From Clostridiales bacterium (GTDB lineage Bacteria; Bacillota; Clostridia; Oscillospirales; Oscillospiraceae): DNA of 64,000 bases. Below the pieces are notes generated by a model that was not told the DNA's origin, did no database searches, and worked only from the letters and a program-made list of their open reading frames with translations. Shown here piece by piece: positions 28,901 through 36,984 of this stretch. The stretch spans positions 10,095 through 74,094 of the forward strand of contig SFHJ01000006.1 in NCBI GenBank assembly GCA_004555655.1, read 5' to 3'. Made by a program: the position numbers and the translations under genes. Numbering within the stretch: position 1 is the stretch's first letter; every line of letters starts with the position of its first letter.

Positions 28901-30689
28901 ACTGCTGCCGGGGCGGGAGGTGTATCTCGTGGCGGGCAGCGACGTCATCCGAAACGCCTCGGCCTACCACACGTCCATGCACGGCAGCGCGGCGGACTAC
29001 AACCACATCATCTTCTGCCGCAACGAGACCGGCGAGGCGGCGCAGCGGCTGAAAACCCTCATCCGGGGCAAGCTGCTGCTGCTCACGCTTCCGCCGTTCT
29101 ACGAGACCGTGAGCTCCACGCGCATCCGCGAATCCATCGACCGCAAGCTCGATATCTCCATGCTGGTCGACCCCGTGGTGCAGAGCTTCGTATATGAAAA
29201 CGGACTCTATGTCCGCGCGCCGGAGCACAAGAACGTGCTGCAGCAGCAGGAGCTGTTCTACCGCCGCTGCTGCGCGCCGGCGCCCGAGCTGCCCGAGGCA
29301 CTGAACCGGCTGCTGCGGGGCAAATCTGCGCCTCTGGCGGTCGGGCTGTACGCGAGACCGGAGCTGCTGGTCGGCTGGATCGTGGGACACACCATCGTGG
29401 TCGACGAGCTGTACGACGCGCTCGGCTCAATCGAGGCGGCGAGCTACGTGCGCCAGCGCACATCGGGCAGAATCCTGATTGTCGACGCGCTGCGCTGCGA
29501 ATCCGACGCGCGCGAGCAGACGTGCCGGATGCTGCTCAACGAGCTGCTGGCGCGGAGCCTTGAGGGCGGCCACACGTATGCCATTTGCCGGTGTGAGCCG
29601 TCGGACGAGGCGCTGCGCCGGGCGCTTGAGCAGCTGGGCTTTGTCACGGCCGGGCCGCACGGGCAGATCTGGTTTGTCGACATGCGCTCGCCCGTCATGC
29701 TGCTGCAGGACGTGATGCTGACCATCAAGGCCCCGCACCACGATTCGCCCGCCGTGAAAGCTGCGGTCGCGCAGACAAGGCCGCGGCTGCGCCGGGCGCT
29801 GAACGGCATGTTCCCCGGAAAGCTGCTGCTGGCGTTTGACACCGAGATGCTCAATCAGGCGCTGGTCGAGCGCATCGAGGCCATCAACGGCGTGCAGGAC
29901 GTGCCGCCCGGCGTGCGGCGGCTGGGGCCGTATATGTGCGTGCCGTACGGCAAAATTTTCTCCGACGAAATCGTGCCCAACACCGTTACCAAGACGCTGC
30001 ACGTGGAAAAATGCTTCAAGGCCGACCTGCGCAGCTTTGAGATTCAGGAATACCCCGGCTATTCGCGGCTGCCGAATCAGGTGCGCACGCTCAAATCCTT
30101 TGACAGGCCTGTGCTGCTGGTCGACGATCTGCTGCACAAGGGCTACCGCATCGAAAAGCTCGACAAGGTTCTGCGCGCGGCCAATCTGCAGACGGAAAAA
30201 ATCATCGTGGCCGTCATGTCCGGCTATGGCCGGGACCTCATGCGCGTCCAGTCGCGGCAGGCCGAGTGCGAGTATTTCATCCCGAACCTGCACTACTGGG
30301 TCACAGAGAGCCTTCTGTATCCGTTTTTGGGCGGCGACAGTGTGGCCGGCCGCAGCACGCAGGAGCATATGCTGCCGTCGGTGAACCTGATTTTGCCCTA
30401 CGACTACCCGAATTACTTCTCCGACGCGCCCGAAGAGAGCGTGCGAGCGCTCTCACGCACGGCGCTTGAGAACGCGAAGACGATCATGAGCGTGCTTGAG
30501 CAGGAGCATCAGCGTGTGTTCAGTACGGCGCTGAGCATCCGCCGCCTCGGCGAGGCGCTGCAGCAGCCGCGTCTGCCCGACAAGGGCACGTGCATGCGCT
30601 ATGACTTCGGCCTTCCCGCGTCGGCGTATCTGGAGGAAGATCTGGCGCAGATTGATAAGATCTGCCGCAAGGAGGCGAAACCGCAATGA
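25992..30689 (+). CDS. Multidomain HD hydrolase / helical repeat / cytidyltransferase-like (CoaD/NadD fold) / PRTase-like protein
   Basis: HD motif H..GHDIGK..H..NH..D; FFPGTFDPFSNGH and VSSTRIR (HIGH-class nucleotidyltransferase); VLLVDDLLHKG PRPP-binding-type loop; RBS GAGGTGG. Confidence 0.8.
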   Translation: MQRACINNETLAARASRMAGENALLRAVLDDGVAMAALASIPGHASDACRKTLEAMRGVLGLPAQTDGTAWLRALYERLTERMFPLPDMPRPVLSVQETAYLAALECVLEQNCGAFDPLTDLIALSPGECENSRVAQEYRLFSRACAESHYIALMRIGREVQPFDPASHTIGVHNVAVHTALLASKAGIPVDLPLVSAAALGHDIGKFGCRGADARRIPYLHYYYTWQWFNENHMPETGHVSANHSTWDLEFENLPVESLLLIYADFRVRGAREQDGREHVRIYSLAEAYAIIFSKLSDMTEQKQARYRSVYEKLHDFECMLVSRGVPTDLSCDELLPADETDASLMTAEQALQAICSMTLSGSIRLMRTVSTDQSLEQLLEQAKGEKNLQRIRTYLLLLQEYNTYMTRANKRKTLVLLYELLMHPDGDVRRTAGQIMGKILANSGPKYRKERPASAKAGEITPAMSALLLDALQLWKQYIGLCLHPDRKIAPKHAMRISNSLKTICESLFQSCEPSQTQELLQPLVAALLYEDDADSFVLADALCHVPTTAITDGDVQALLAKLEVLLHGGEVRLQMIVLSLLLRLKKQRPELADEAMRIARGYTPEAGEHCDALCFAKGRVLDEPFAPLGAQQSSRMHLSNLKNAVHWTVKLAQIQMLCRSAEQNPAALFHTAMHLSNLLSVSEHLPVREAAGEHLLKLAPRLSVDQVNEISIDLMRELETGQEQISRFIPPYLGRLMCLLPDKELRETVDYLENLARGASVRPAQVALHTLGEALCALPDGAREIAGRMLGILMTGISHYEPAVHQTALCVLCRDVFGLDRISLARRHDMFVHLHKKLLTILCEPHGGQLTFFNCAAMLNHLYRYIVRSEVALGPFRFPAEKPVAFFPGTFDPFSNGHKQIVQQIRARGFEVYLAVDEFSWSKKTLPKLLRRQIVDISVADQADTYLFPDDIPINIANPADLARLETLLPGREVYLVAGSDVIRNASAYHTSMHGSAADYNHIIFCRNETGEAAQRLKTLIRGKLLLLTLPPFYETVSSTRIRESIDRKLDISMLVDPVVQSFVYENGLYVRAPEHKNVLQQQELFYRRCCAPAPELPEALNRLLRGKSAPLAVGLYARPELLVGWIVGHTIVVDELYDALGSIEAASYVRQRTSGRILIVDALRCESDAREQTCRMLLNELLARSLEGGHTYAICRCEPSDEALRRALEQLGFVTAGPHGQIWFVDMRSPVMLLQDVMLTIKAPHHDSPAVKAAVAQTRPRLRRALNGMFPGKLLLAFDTEMLNQALVERIEAINGVQDVPPGVRRLGPYMCVPYGKIFSDEIVPNTVTKTLHVEKCFKADLRSFEIQEYPGYSRLPNQVRTLKSFDRPVLLVDDLLHKGYRIEKLDKVLRAANLQTEKIIVAVMSGYGRDLMRVQSRQAECEYFIPNLHYWVTESLLYPFLGGDSVAGRSTQEHMLPSVNLILPYDYPNYFSDAPEESVRALSRTALENAKTIMSVLEQEHQRVFSTALSIRRLGEALQQPRLPDKGTCMRYDFGLPASAYLEEDLAQIDKICRKEAKPQ

Positions 30690-31927
30690 TCTGCAGACGC
30701 TGGAACGATTTTTGCCTGTGTGCCGCGCACGAAGAGGATTTCCCGGCGGACGCGCAGGCGGTGTGCGCGCCGTTTGCCCCGCTTGTCTTTCTCGTGCGGC
30801 GCAGGGCGGAAACGAGCCGCGGCATGTTTGCCATCCGCTCGCTTGAAGAGCTCTTTGAGCAGGAAAGCGTGGACTGCCTGCGGCCGTGCCGGGCCGGCGC
30901 ACCCGGTTCCGTGCGCGAACTGGCGGCATTTGTGGCCGGGCACGGCGCGACGGTTTTGAATCTGGAGTTTCAAAATGCGCTTTGCTATCTGCGCGCGCAT
31001 TTTGCCGCAAACCGCACGGGCCTGCGCGTGACGCTGGTGGGCCTCGGCGATGTGGGCGGTACGGTGCTCACGGGGCTGAAGCTCCTCGGCCGTGAGCTGG
31101 CAGAGATCAGAATTTTTGACCCCAACAGGGCGATGTGCGCCCGGTATGAGATGGAGCTCAACCAGGTGCTGCCCGACGCGGACGGGCGCGTGATGCCGCG
31201 CGTCACGGTCTGCAGCGAGGAGGCGCTGTTCGACTGCGACCTGTTCCTTTTCACGGCCTCGCGCGGCGTGCCGGGGCTCGGCAGCGGCGTCAGGGACGTG
31301 CGCATGGCCCAGTACGAGGCCAACCGTGCCATGCTCGCGCACTATGCCCGCCTTGCGCGCACGGCGAGGTTCATGGGGCTTTTCTGCCAGATATCCGACC
31401 CGGTCGACCATCTGTCGCGCTGCGTATTTTTGCAGAGCAACCGCGATGAGACGGGCGCTTTTGACGCGGCGGGCCTGCTGCCCGAGCAGGTGCAGGGCTT
31501 CGGCCTTGGCGTCATGGCTGCGCGCGCGGCGTATTACGCCGGAAAAGCGGGCGTGGACTTTCAAAATGGCCGTGTCTACGGCCCGCATGGTGAGGGGCTG
31601 ATTGTCGCCAACAGCGCAGGCCGGGACTATGATGCGGCTGTCTCACAGCACCTGACGGAGCTTGCCAGAACAGCCAACCTGCGTGTGCGCGAGCTGGGCT
31701 TCAAGCCGTATCTTGCGCCGGGGCTGTCCTCGGCGGCCATCAGCATTCTGCGCCTTGCGCGCGGCCAGGCGCACCATGGCGCCGTGCCGCTGGCGGGCGC
31801 GTACTTCGGCTGCGTCAGCCGCATGACGCGGCAGGGACTCATGCTCTCGCGCGAAGAGATCTGTCCGCAGCTGATGGCGCGCATCGCCGGCGCGCACCGC
31901 GCGCTGCGCGAATTTGACTACCGATGA
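30686..31927 (+). CDS. Lactate/malate dehydrogenase-like NAD(P)-binding protein with N-terminal extension
   Basis: LVGLGDVGG Rossmann motif; FTAS, DVRMAQY..N, ISDPVD, YGPHG; ATGA overlap with upstream gene. Confidence 0.8.
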   Translation: MICRRWNDFCLCAAHEEDFPADAQAVCAPFAPLVFLVRRRAETSRGMFAIRSLEELFEQESVDCLRPCRAGAPGSVRELAAFVAGHGATVLNLEFQNALCYLRAHFAANRTGLRVTLVGLGDVGGTVLTGLKLLGRELAEIRIFDPNRAMCARYEMELNQVLPDADGRVMPRVTVCSEEALFDCDLFLFTASRGVPGLGSGVRDVRMAQYEANRAMLAHYARLARTARFMGLFCQISDPVDHLSRCVFLQSNRDETGAFDAAGLLPEQVQGFGLGVMAARAAYYAGKAGVDFQNGRVYGPHGEGLIVANSAGRDYDAAVSQHLTELARTANLRVRELGFKPYLAPGLSSAAISILRLARGQAHHGAVPLAGAYFGCVSRMTRQGLMLSREEICPQLMARIAGAHRALREFDYR

Positions 31928-32970
31928 GCGGGCTGTATCTTGTGCGCGTGGGAAGCGGCGCGCGTCTCACGCAGGCGCTGGAGAAGGCGCTCGGCGGCAT
32001 GCAGGTTCAGGCGCTTGCGCCGGAGAGAATTGCGCAGGGCGCGGCGGGAAAGCGGCTCATCTTCGCCGTGGCGTTGGATGAATACGGCCCGGACGGGCAG
32101 TTTACAGCGCTGCTGCGCGCGCTGCGGCAGAATCCCGGCTGCCTTGCGGGCTGCTGCGGCGCGCTCATCGTCGACGGCGGCGGGGAGCTCTACACCAAGC
32201 AGGCCGCGCAGGAGCTGGCGCTCGCGGCCAATATGGCCGGCTGCGCGTTCATGGGAAAGCCGCTCGTCGAGGGAACGGCGTCGCTCTACAACCAGCACAT
32301 TCTGGCAAAGCAGCTGAGCCTTGACTGGTATGAGACGTATGTGTATCAGATCGGAAGGCTCGCCGCGCGGCTGGCGTCGTTCACGCAGCCGAAGTTTGCC
32401 GCGCCGCGGCTTCTGATGCTGCACGCGTCAAGCAACCGCCGCTCCAATACTGTCTGGCTCGGCCGTGAGACGCTCGCGCGCCTGCCCGGCCGGATCACGA
32501 CGCAGGAGATCTGCCTGCAGAACGGAGCGATATACGACTGCCGCGGCTGCTCGTACGACGCGTGCGCGCACTTTGCCGAGAGCAGCACCTGCTTCTACGG
32601 CGGCGCGCTGTCAGACGAGGTGCTGCCCGCCATCCGCGAAAGCGACGCGCTGCTGCTTCTGTGCCCGAACTACAACGACGCGGTGAGCGCAAATATCACG
32701 GCGCTTTTTAACCGGCTGACGAGCCTGCTTGTCAAGCAGGATTTGTTTGACAAGTACCTGTTCGGCATCGTCGTCTCGGGCTACTCGGGCAGCGACCTTG
32801 TAGCAAGACAGCTTCTGGGCGCGATGTGCCTGAACAAGACCGCGATGCTGCCGCCCAATTTCTGCCTCATGCAGACCGCGCACGACGCGGGTACGGCGCA
32901 GCACCTGCCCGGCGTGGACGGCGTGCTCGACGCCTTCGCGGCGCATATTCAAACCGTACTGCTGCAATAA
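31924..32970 (+). CDS. Flavodoxin-fold / iron-sulfur-flavoprotein-like oxidoreductase
   Basis: HASS..SNT, DCRGCSYDAC......C cysteine motif, CPNYNDAVSA, VSGYSG; ATGA overlap. Confidence 0.75.
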   Translation: MSGLYLVRVGSGARLTQALEKALGGMQVQALAPERIAQGAAGKRLIFAVALDEYGPDGQFTALLRALRQNPGCLAGCCGALIVDGGGELYTKQAAQELALAANMAGCAFMGKPLVEGTASLYNQHILAKQLSLDWYETYVYQIGRLAARLASFTQPKFAAPRLLMLHASSNRRSNTVWLGRETLARLPGRITTQEICLQNGAIYDCRGCSYDACAHFAESSTCFYGGALSDEVLPAIRESDALLLLCPNYNDAVSANITALFNRLTSLLVKQDLFDKYLFGIVVSGYSGSDLVARQLLGAMCLNKTAMLPPNFCLMQTAHDAGTAQHLPGVDGVLDAFAAHIQTVLLQ

Positions 32971-33002
32971 AGACGCGCCCACCGGCCGGTGGGCGCGTCT
33001 TT
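32969..33002. terminator. Bidirectional terminator (34-bp perfect palindrome)
   Basis: AAAGACGCGCCCACCGGCCGGTGGGCGCGTCTTT between convergent genes. Confidence 0.85.
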
Positions 33003-33015
33003 GTATAAACAGTGG

Positions 33016-33681
33016 TCAATCTTCTTTTTCTCTGAGTCCTGCGATGGCCGAGACGGGCAGGGAAAAGCAGATCGCGCCCGGCTTTGTGCCGGGGCCCGCG
33101 CCGTCGTTGATTGCGCGCATGATGGCGGCCTTCTCCTCCGCGCGCGCGACGATGTAGATCATGTCCTTCGCGTCGGCCAGACGCACGCCGAAAAAGCGCT
33201 CGTCCTGCCGGACGCCGGTGCCCTTGGCGTGCAGAACGGTGCCGCCTGCCGCACCTGCCGCGCGGGCCAGATCCATGACGTAGTCGCTGTAACCCTCGTT
33301 GAGGACGACAATGATGAGTTCGTGTGAAAATTCCATGCTGGGCGTGCCTCCTGCGCTCGTGTTTTCGGTGAGGTAGGCGAGCGTCCTGCCGCCTGCCACG
33401 CTTTTGATGGGCACGGTCATGAGAATGCCGTTGCCGGGGATGTCAATCAGCAGCTTCCGCCGGGCCGCGCGGAAGATCTGCCGCGCGCCGTCGGCGCCCG
33501 CCACGGCGCCGACGACCGCCTTCGGCGTCTCGTCAAGACCGTAGACGGACAGCTGCTCGCTTGTGGCCGTGCCGCGGCCGAGCTTGGTGAGAATCGTTCT
33601 CGCACCCGCGGCCTGATATAGCTGCGTCATGCGCGCAGTCCGGTCGCGGTCTATAATGGCGATCAGGTAATACAGCTCCAT
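33016..33681 (-). CDS. PII-family protein with two tandem PII-like domains
   Basis: LGRGTA...PGNGI..TVPI followed by AGAAGGTVLHAKGTG...GAICFSLPV. Confidence 0.85.
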   Translation of the reverse strand: MELYYLIAIIDRDRTARMTQLYQAAGARTILTKLGRGTATSEQLSVYGLDETPKAVVGAVAGADGARQIFRAARRKLLIDIPGNGILMTVPIKSVAGGRTLAYLTENTSAGGTPSMEFSHELIIVVLNEGYSDYVMDLARAAGAAGGTVLHAKGTGVRQDERFFGVRLADAKDMIYIVARAEEKAAIMRAINDGAGPGTKPGAICFSLPVSAIAGLREKED

Positions 33682-33682
33682 C

Positions 33683-35209
33683 TCAGCACGCCTCCCAAAG
33701 CTCGATGATCTCGCCGTCGGCGAACGCGGGTGTAATGACCGGCGCAATCTTGCGGCGGCGCGCGGCGAGCACGCAGATCGCGCCCATGACCTGCACGGTG
33801 ATGAGCGGCGTCATGGCGACCAGCGCCACGAGGCCGAAGGCGTCCGTCATCACGTTGCCGCCGAGCGCGGTGCACGCGCCCATCGCAAACGGCAGTAAAA
33901 ATGTGGCCGTGAGCGGCCCGGAGGCCACGCCGCCCGCGTCAAATGCGATGGCCGTGAACGTGCGCGGCACGAAAAAGCTCAGGCCCAGCGAGAGCGCGTA
34001 GCCCGGCACAAGAAAATACAGAACCGGCACGCCCGTGACCACGCGCACCATGGCAAGTCCCGTCGCAGCCGCCACGGCCACCGACAGGCTCAGGCCCATC
34101 GCCTTTTCCGAGATGGCGCCCGCGCTCAGCTCCTCGACCTGGCGGTTGAGGATATGTACCGCGGGCTCGGCGCGGATGATGAACCAGCCCATGAGCACCG
34201 CAAGCGGGATGAGCAGCGCCGGATGCGCGCGCACCATTGCGCTGCCCAGCACCTGACCCATGGGCGAGAAGCCCACGTTTGCGCCCGTGAGAAACAGAAC
34301 CAGTCCCACATAGGTGTAGCCCAGGCCCACAAGGATGCGCAGCAGCGGCAGCTTGCGCAGGCGCAGGGAGAAGATCTGAAACAGCGCGAAAAACACCACG
34401 ATGGGTGCCAGCGCTACGGCGACCTCGCCAAGGTATGCTGGGAATGCGGAGAGATAGTTCCGGCCCAGCGCGACGGTGTCGGCGAGCGGCTGCGCCGCGT
34501 CGGATCCGGCCGCGCCGGAGGCACCGGGATAGAGCAGGCTCAGCACCATCACGGCCAGCACCGGGCCGATGGAGCACAGCGCCACGAGACCAAAGCTGTC
34601 GGCCTTGGCATTTTCGTCGCTGCGGATGGACGCAACGCCCACGCCCAGCGCCATGATAAACGGCACCGTCATCGGCCCTGTGGTTACGCCGCCGGAGTCG
34701 AACGCCACGCACAGCATCTGCGGCGCGCAGAAATACGCTCCGGCGAACACGAGCGCATAGAATGCGAGCAGCAGCGCGCGCAGCGGCACCCGGAATAAAA
34801 TGCGCGCCATGCTGAGCATCAGAAACAGCCCCACGCCCGCCGAGACGGTGAGGATCAGCGTCATCTTGTCAATGGCAGGCACGTTGGCCGAGAGCACCTG
34901 AAGATCGGGCTCGGCAACGGTGATGGCCACGCCCAGAAGGAAGCTGACGGGCAAAATGAGAAGCAGCCTGCGCGAGCGCGTCAGCTTCGCGCCGATCTGC
35001 GCGCCGATGCGCGACATCGACATCTCCGCGCCCAGCGTAAAAAGGCCCATGCCTGCGATGAGCATCACCGAGCCCAGCAGAAATGACAGCATCAGCGATG
35101 CGTCCACCGGCACCAGCGCAAAACAGACGGCGCAGACAACGCCCGTGATGGGCAGCACGCTTGCCGCGGCCTCTTTGAGTTTTTCAAGCAGAATGCGGTT
35201 TGTCTGCAA
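33683..35209 (-). CDS. DUF1538-type membrane protein (two fused repeats)
   Basis: Repeated AEP.L/V.VL, AFDSGGVTTGP / AFDAGGVASGP and D.FGLVAL; RBS AAAGGAG before TTG 35209. Confidence 0.85.
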   Translation of the reverse strand: MQTNRILLEKLKEAAASVLPITGVVCAVCFALVPVDASLMLSFLLGSVMLIAGMGLFTLGAEMSMSRIGAQIGAKLTRSRRLLLILPVSFLLGVAITVAEPDLQVLSANVPAIDKMTLILTVSAGVGLFLMLSMARILFRVPLRALLLAFYALVFAGAYFCAPQMLCVAFDSGGVTTGPMTVPFIMALGVGVASIRSDENAKADSFGLVALCSIGPVLAVMVLSLLYPGASGAAGSDAAQPLADTVALGRNYLSAFPAYLGEVAVALAPIVVFFALFQIFSLRLRKLPLLRILVGLGYTYVGLVLFLTGANVGFSPMGQVLGSAMVRAHPALLIPLAVLMGWFIIRAEPAVHILNRQVEELSAGAISEKAMGLSLSVAVAAATGLAMVRVVTGVPVLYFLVPGYALSLGLSFFVPRTFTAIAFDAGGVASGPLTATFLLPFAMGACTALGGNVMTDAFGLVALVAMTPLITVQVMGAICVLAARRRKIAPVITPAFADGEIIELWEAC

Positions 35210-35307
35210 ACGACCGCTCCTTTCAAACGGATATTTCTCCAAGTATACCAGAAAAACGGCCCTCTGCATAGCAAAAGGCCGTTAAGAAATCGTGAATTTT
35301 CCCGGAT

Positions 35308-35742
35308 TTACTTGATGAATTTGTCGATGGCCTGACACAGATCGTCCAGCGCCTGCTCGTCATCGTGCTCCACGGCCTCGACCAGACAGTGCTGAATATG
35401 GTCCTGCAGAATCACCTTGCCCACGTTGTTGATGGCCGCGCGCACCGCCGCAATCTGCACCAGTACTTCAGAGCAGTCGCGCCCGTCTTCGACCATGCGC
35501 TTGACGTGCTCCAGATGGCCGATGGCGCGGGCCAGCCGGTTGATGACGGCCTTGGTATTCGCGTGCGTGTGGCCGTGGCCGGACGCACCCGGCGCGTGCT
35601 CGTGCGTATGCGCCTGCTCGGGCGTATGTGCGTCGCCGGGGTAGTGCAGGTGGGCGATGCCGTGCTCATGCAGATAGTCGTGGTCGTGCTCCAGTTCGTG
35701 TTCATGCTCAGGCTCGTACTGACCGTTGTACTCGTGTTCCAT
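35308..35742 (-). CDS. CsoR/RcnR-family metal-sensing repressor with His-rich N-terminus (InrS-like)
   Basis: NRLARAIGHL..V..MVE....C..VL.QIAAV......HIQHC; H-C-H-C ligand fingerprint. Confidence 0.9.
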   Translation of the reverse strand: MEHEYNGQYEPEHEHELEHDHDYLHEHGIAHLHYPGDAHTPEQAHTHEHAPGASGHGHTHANTKAVINRLARAIGHLEHVKRMVEDGRDCSEVLVQIAAVRAAINNVGKVILQDHIQHCLVEAVEHDDEQALDDLCQAIDKFIK

Positions 35743-35840
35743 TGCGCAGGCTCCTTCCCGGTTTCTGTGTGAAGTATAACACAGCCGCGCCGTGTTTGCT
35801 ACAGAAAAAATGACGGTTTTTCCGCCAAAATCGAGCAGAT

Positions 35841-35857
35841 AACCCCGTGCCGGGGTT
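35841..35857. promoter_or_regulatory. Candidate CsoR-family operator
   Basis: AACCCCG-tgc-CGGGGTT C/G-tract palindrome between the divergent promoters. Confidence 0.5.
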
Positions 35858-35875
35858 TTTCAAAGCAGCGCGCTC

Positions 35876-35904
35876 TTTACAAAACAGGCGCTTTCCGGTA
35901 TAAT
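35876..35904 (+). promoter_or_regulatory. Sigma-70-type promoter of the His-rich/cooT operon
   Basis: TTTACA-17 bp-TATAAT. Confidence 0.7.
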
Positions 35905-35953
35905 ATGAAACAAATAAACTCTACGCATTAGAGTCTGAAAGGAATCGATCTGA

Positions 35954-36358
35954 ATGCATCTGGAACATGAAGAATCCGCCGTGCATACGCACGAGCATAC
36001 CCACGCCGACGGCACCGTGCACACGCATGAGCACACCCACCCGCACGAGCACGAGCACGGGCACACGCATCCGCACGAGCATACGCATGCGGCTGCCGGC
36101 TGCGGCGTACACTGCGGCGAGGGCGTGAACTGCGCAGAATGCGGCCACGAGCACGTCAGCCCGCGGCAGGAGCTGATCGCGCTGATGAAGTATATGGTGG
36201 GCCACAACGCCTCGCACGCCAATGAACTGGCGCAGCTTGCAAAGCAGCTGCAGGATCTCGGCGAGACAACAGCCTATGAGCAGATCATGCTCGCCGTGAG
36301 CGATTTTGAAAAGGGCAACCTGCGCCTGTCCACGGTGCTCGCTGCCATGAACGCGTAA
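35954..36358 (+). CDS. His/Cys-rich putative Ni/Co-binding protein
   Basis: HTHEHTH repeats, CGVHC....CAEC, helical C-terminal domain (YMVGHNASHANEL). Confidence 0.75.
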   Translation: MHLEHEESAVHTHEHTHADGTVHTHEHTHPHEHEHGHTHPHEHTHAAAGCGVHCGEGVNCAECGHEHVSPRQELIALMKYMVGHNASHANELAQLAKQLQDLGETTAYEQIMLAVSDFEKGNLRLSTVLAAMNA

Positions 36359-36370
36359 GGAGGCAGAGCC

Positions 36371-36565
36371 ATGTGCCTTGCAATGGTATATAAAACGGAG
36401 CAGAAGGCGGAAAACCTGCTGCTTTCAAACGTCCAGCGCATCGACTGCAAAGACGGCATGGTGTATCTGACCGACCTCATGGAACGGCAGGTCGTCATCG
36501 AAGGCGAGCTTGTTTCGGTCGATTTGGTCGGCAACACCGCCATCGTCATCCCGCGCGCGGTATGA
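36371..36565 (+). CDS. cooT: CooT family nickel-binding protein
   Basis: 64 aa starting MCLA; beta-rich pattern NVQRID....V.LTDL......EG....VDL; RBS AAGGAGG. Confidence 0.8.
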   Translation: MCLAMVYKTEQKAENLLLSNVQRIDCKDGMVYLTDLMERQVVIEGELVSVDLVGNTAIVIPRAV

Positions 36566-36792
36566 CGCACGAGTATGAGCTGGTGCGCGAGATCCAGAAT
36601 CTGTGCGCGAACAACCAGATGCGTGACGTGTTTTTTGAGGAGATCGAGACCGATGACCCAGTGGCCTATGTCCGCGAGCTGGTCAAGGGCAAGGCGGTCA
36701 ATCTCAGCGTCGACAGAAAGCAAAACGGAGATCTCACGGTGTTCGTCGAAAGCGCGGGTATGACGCAGAAATTTGTCTTTACCCGGCTTTGA
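36562..36792 (+). CDS. Hypothetical protein, translationally coupled to cooT
   Basis: ATGA overlap with cooT; 76 aa; host-like codon usage; single Cys in NLCANNQMRD. Confidence 0.7.
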   Translation: MTHEYELVREIQNLCANNQMRDVFFEEIETDDPVAYVRELVKGKAVNLSVDRKQNGDLTVFVESAGMTQKFVFTRL

Positions 36793-36866
36793 CCGGCGCG
36801 TGGAAAACAGGAAAAAACGGCTGCGAAAAGTTGGTGGTTTTTTGCAGTTTTTGTAAGGCGATGGGC

Positions 36867-36895
36867 TTGTATTTGACTGGCAAATGTGATACGAT
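36867..36895 (+). promoter_or_regulatory. Putative promoter of the metF-acs operon
   Basis: TTGTAT-17 bp-TACGAT with TGn extension. Confidence 0.5.
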
Positions 36896-36984
36896 ATTTT
36901 TGTATCGAATTTAGCTGGGAAAGTCTGCGCTTTCCCGGCTTGGATTTGTACAGGCAATCTATTTTTATTTATTTGGAGGCAAAT

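Noticed and set aside
25992..32970. Anti-phage defence system interpretation of the HD/PRTase operon
   Set aside because: Host-like GC content and codon usage, metabolic partner genes, and no mobile or defence-island context.
35975..36090. Short CACGAGCA/CACACGCA tandem repeats (possible CRISPR or VNTR)
   Set aside because: They simply encode the His-rich tract; there is no repeat-spacer structure and no cas genes.
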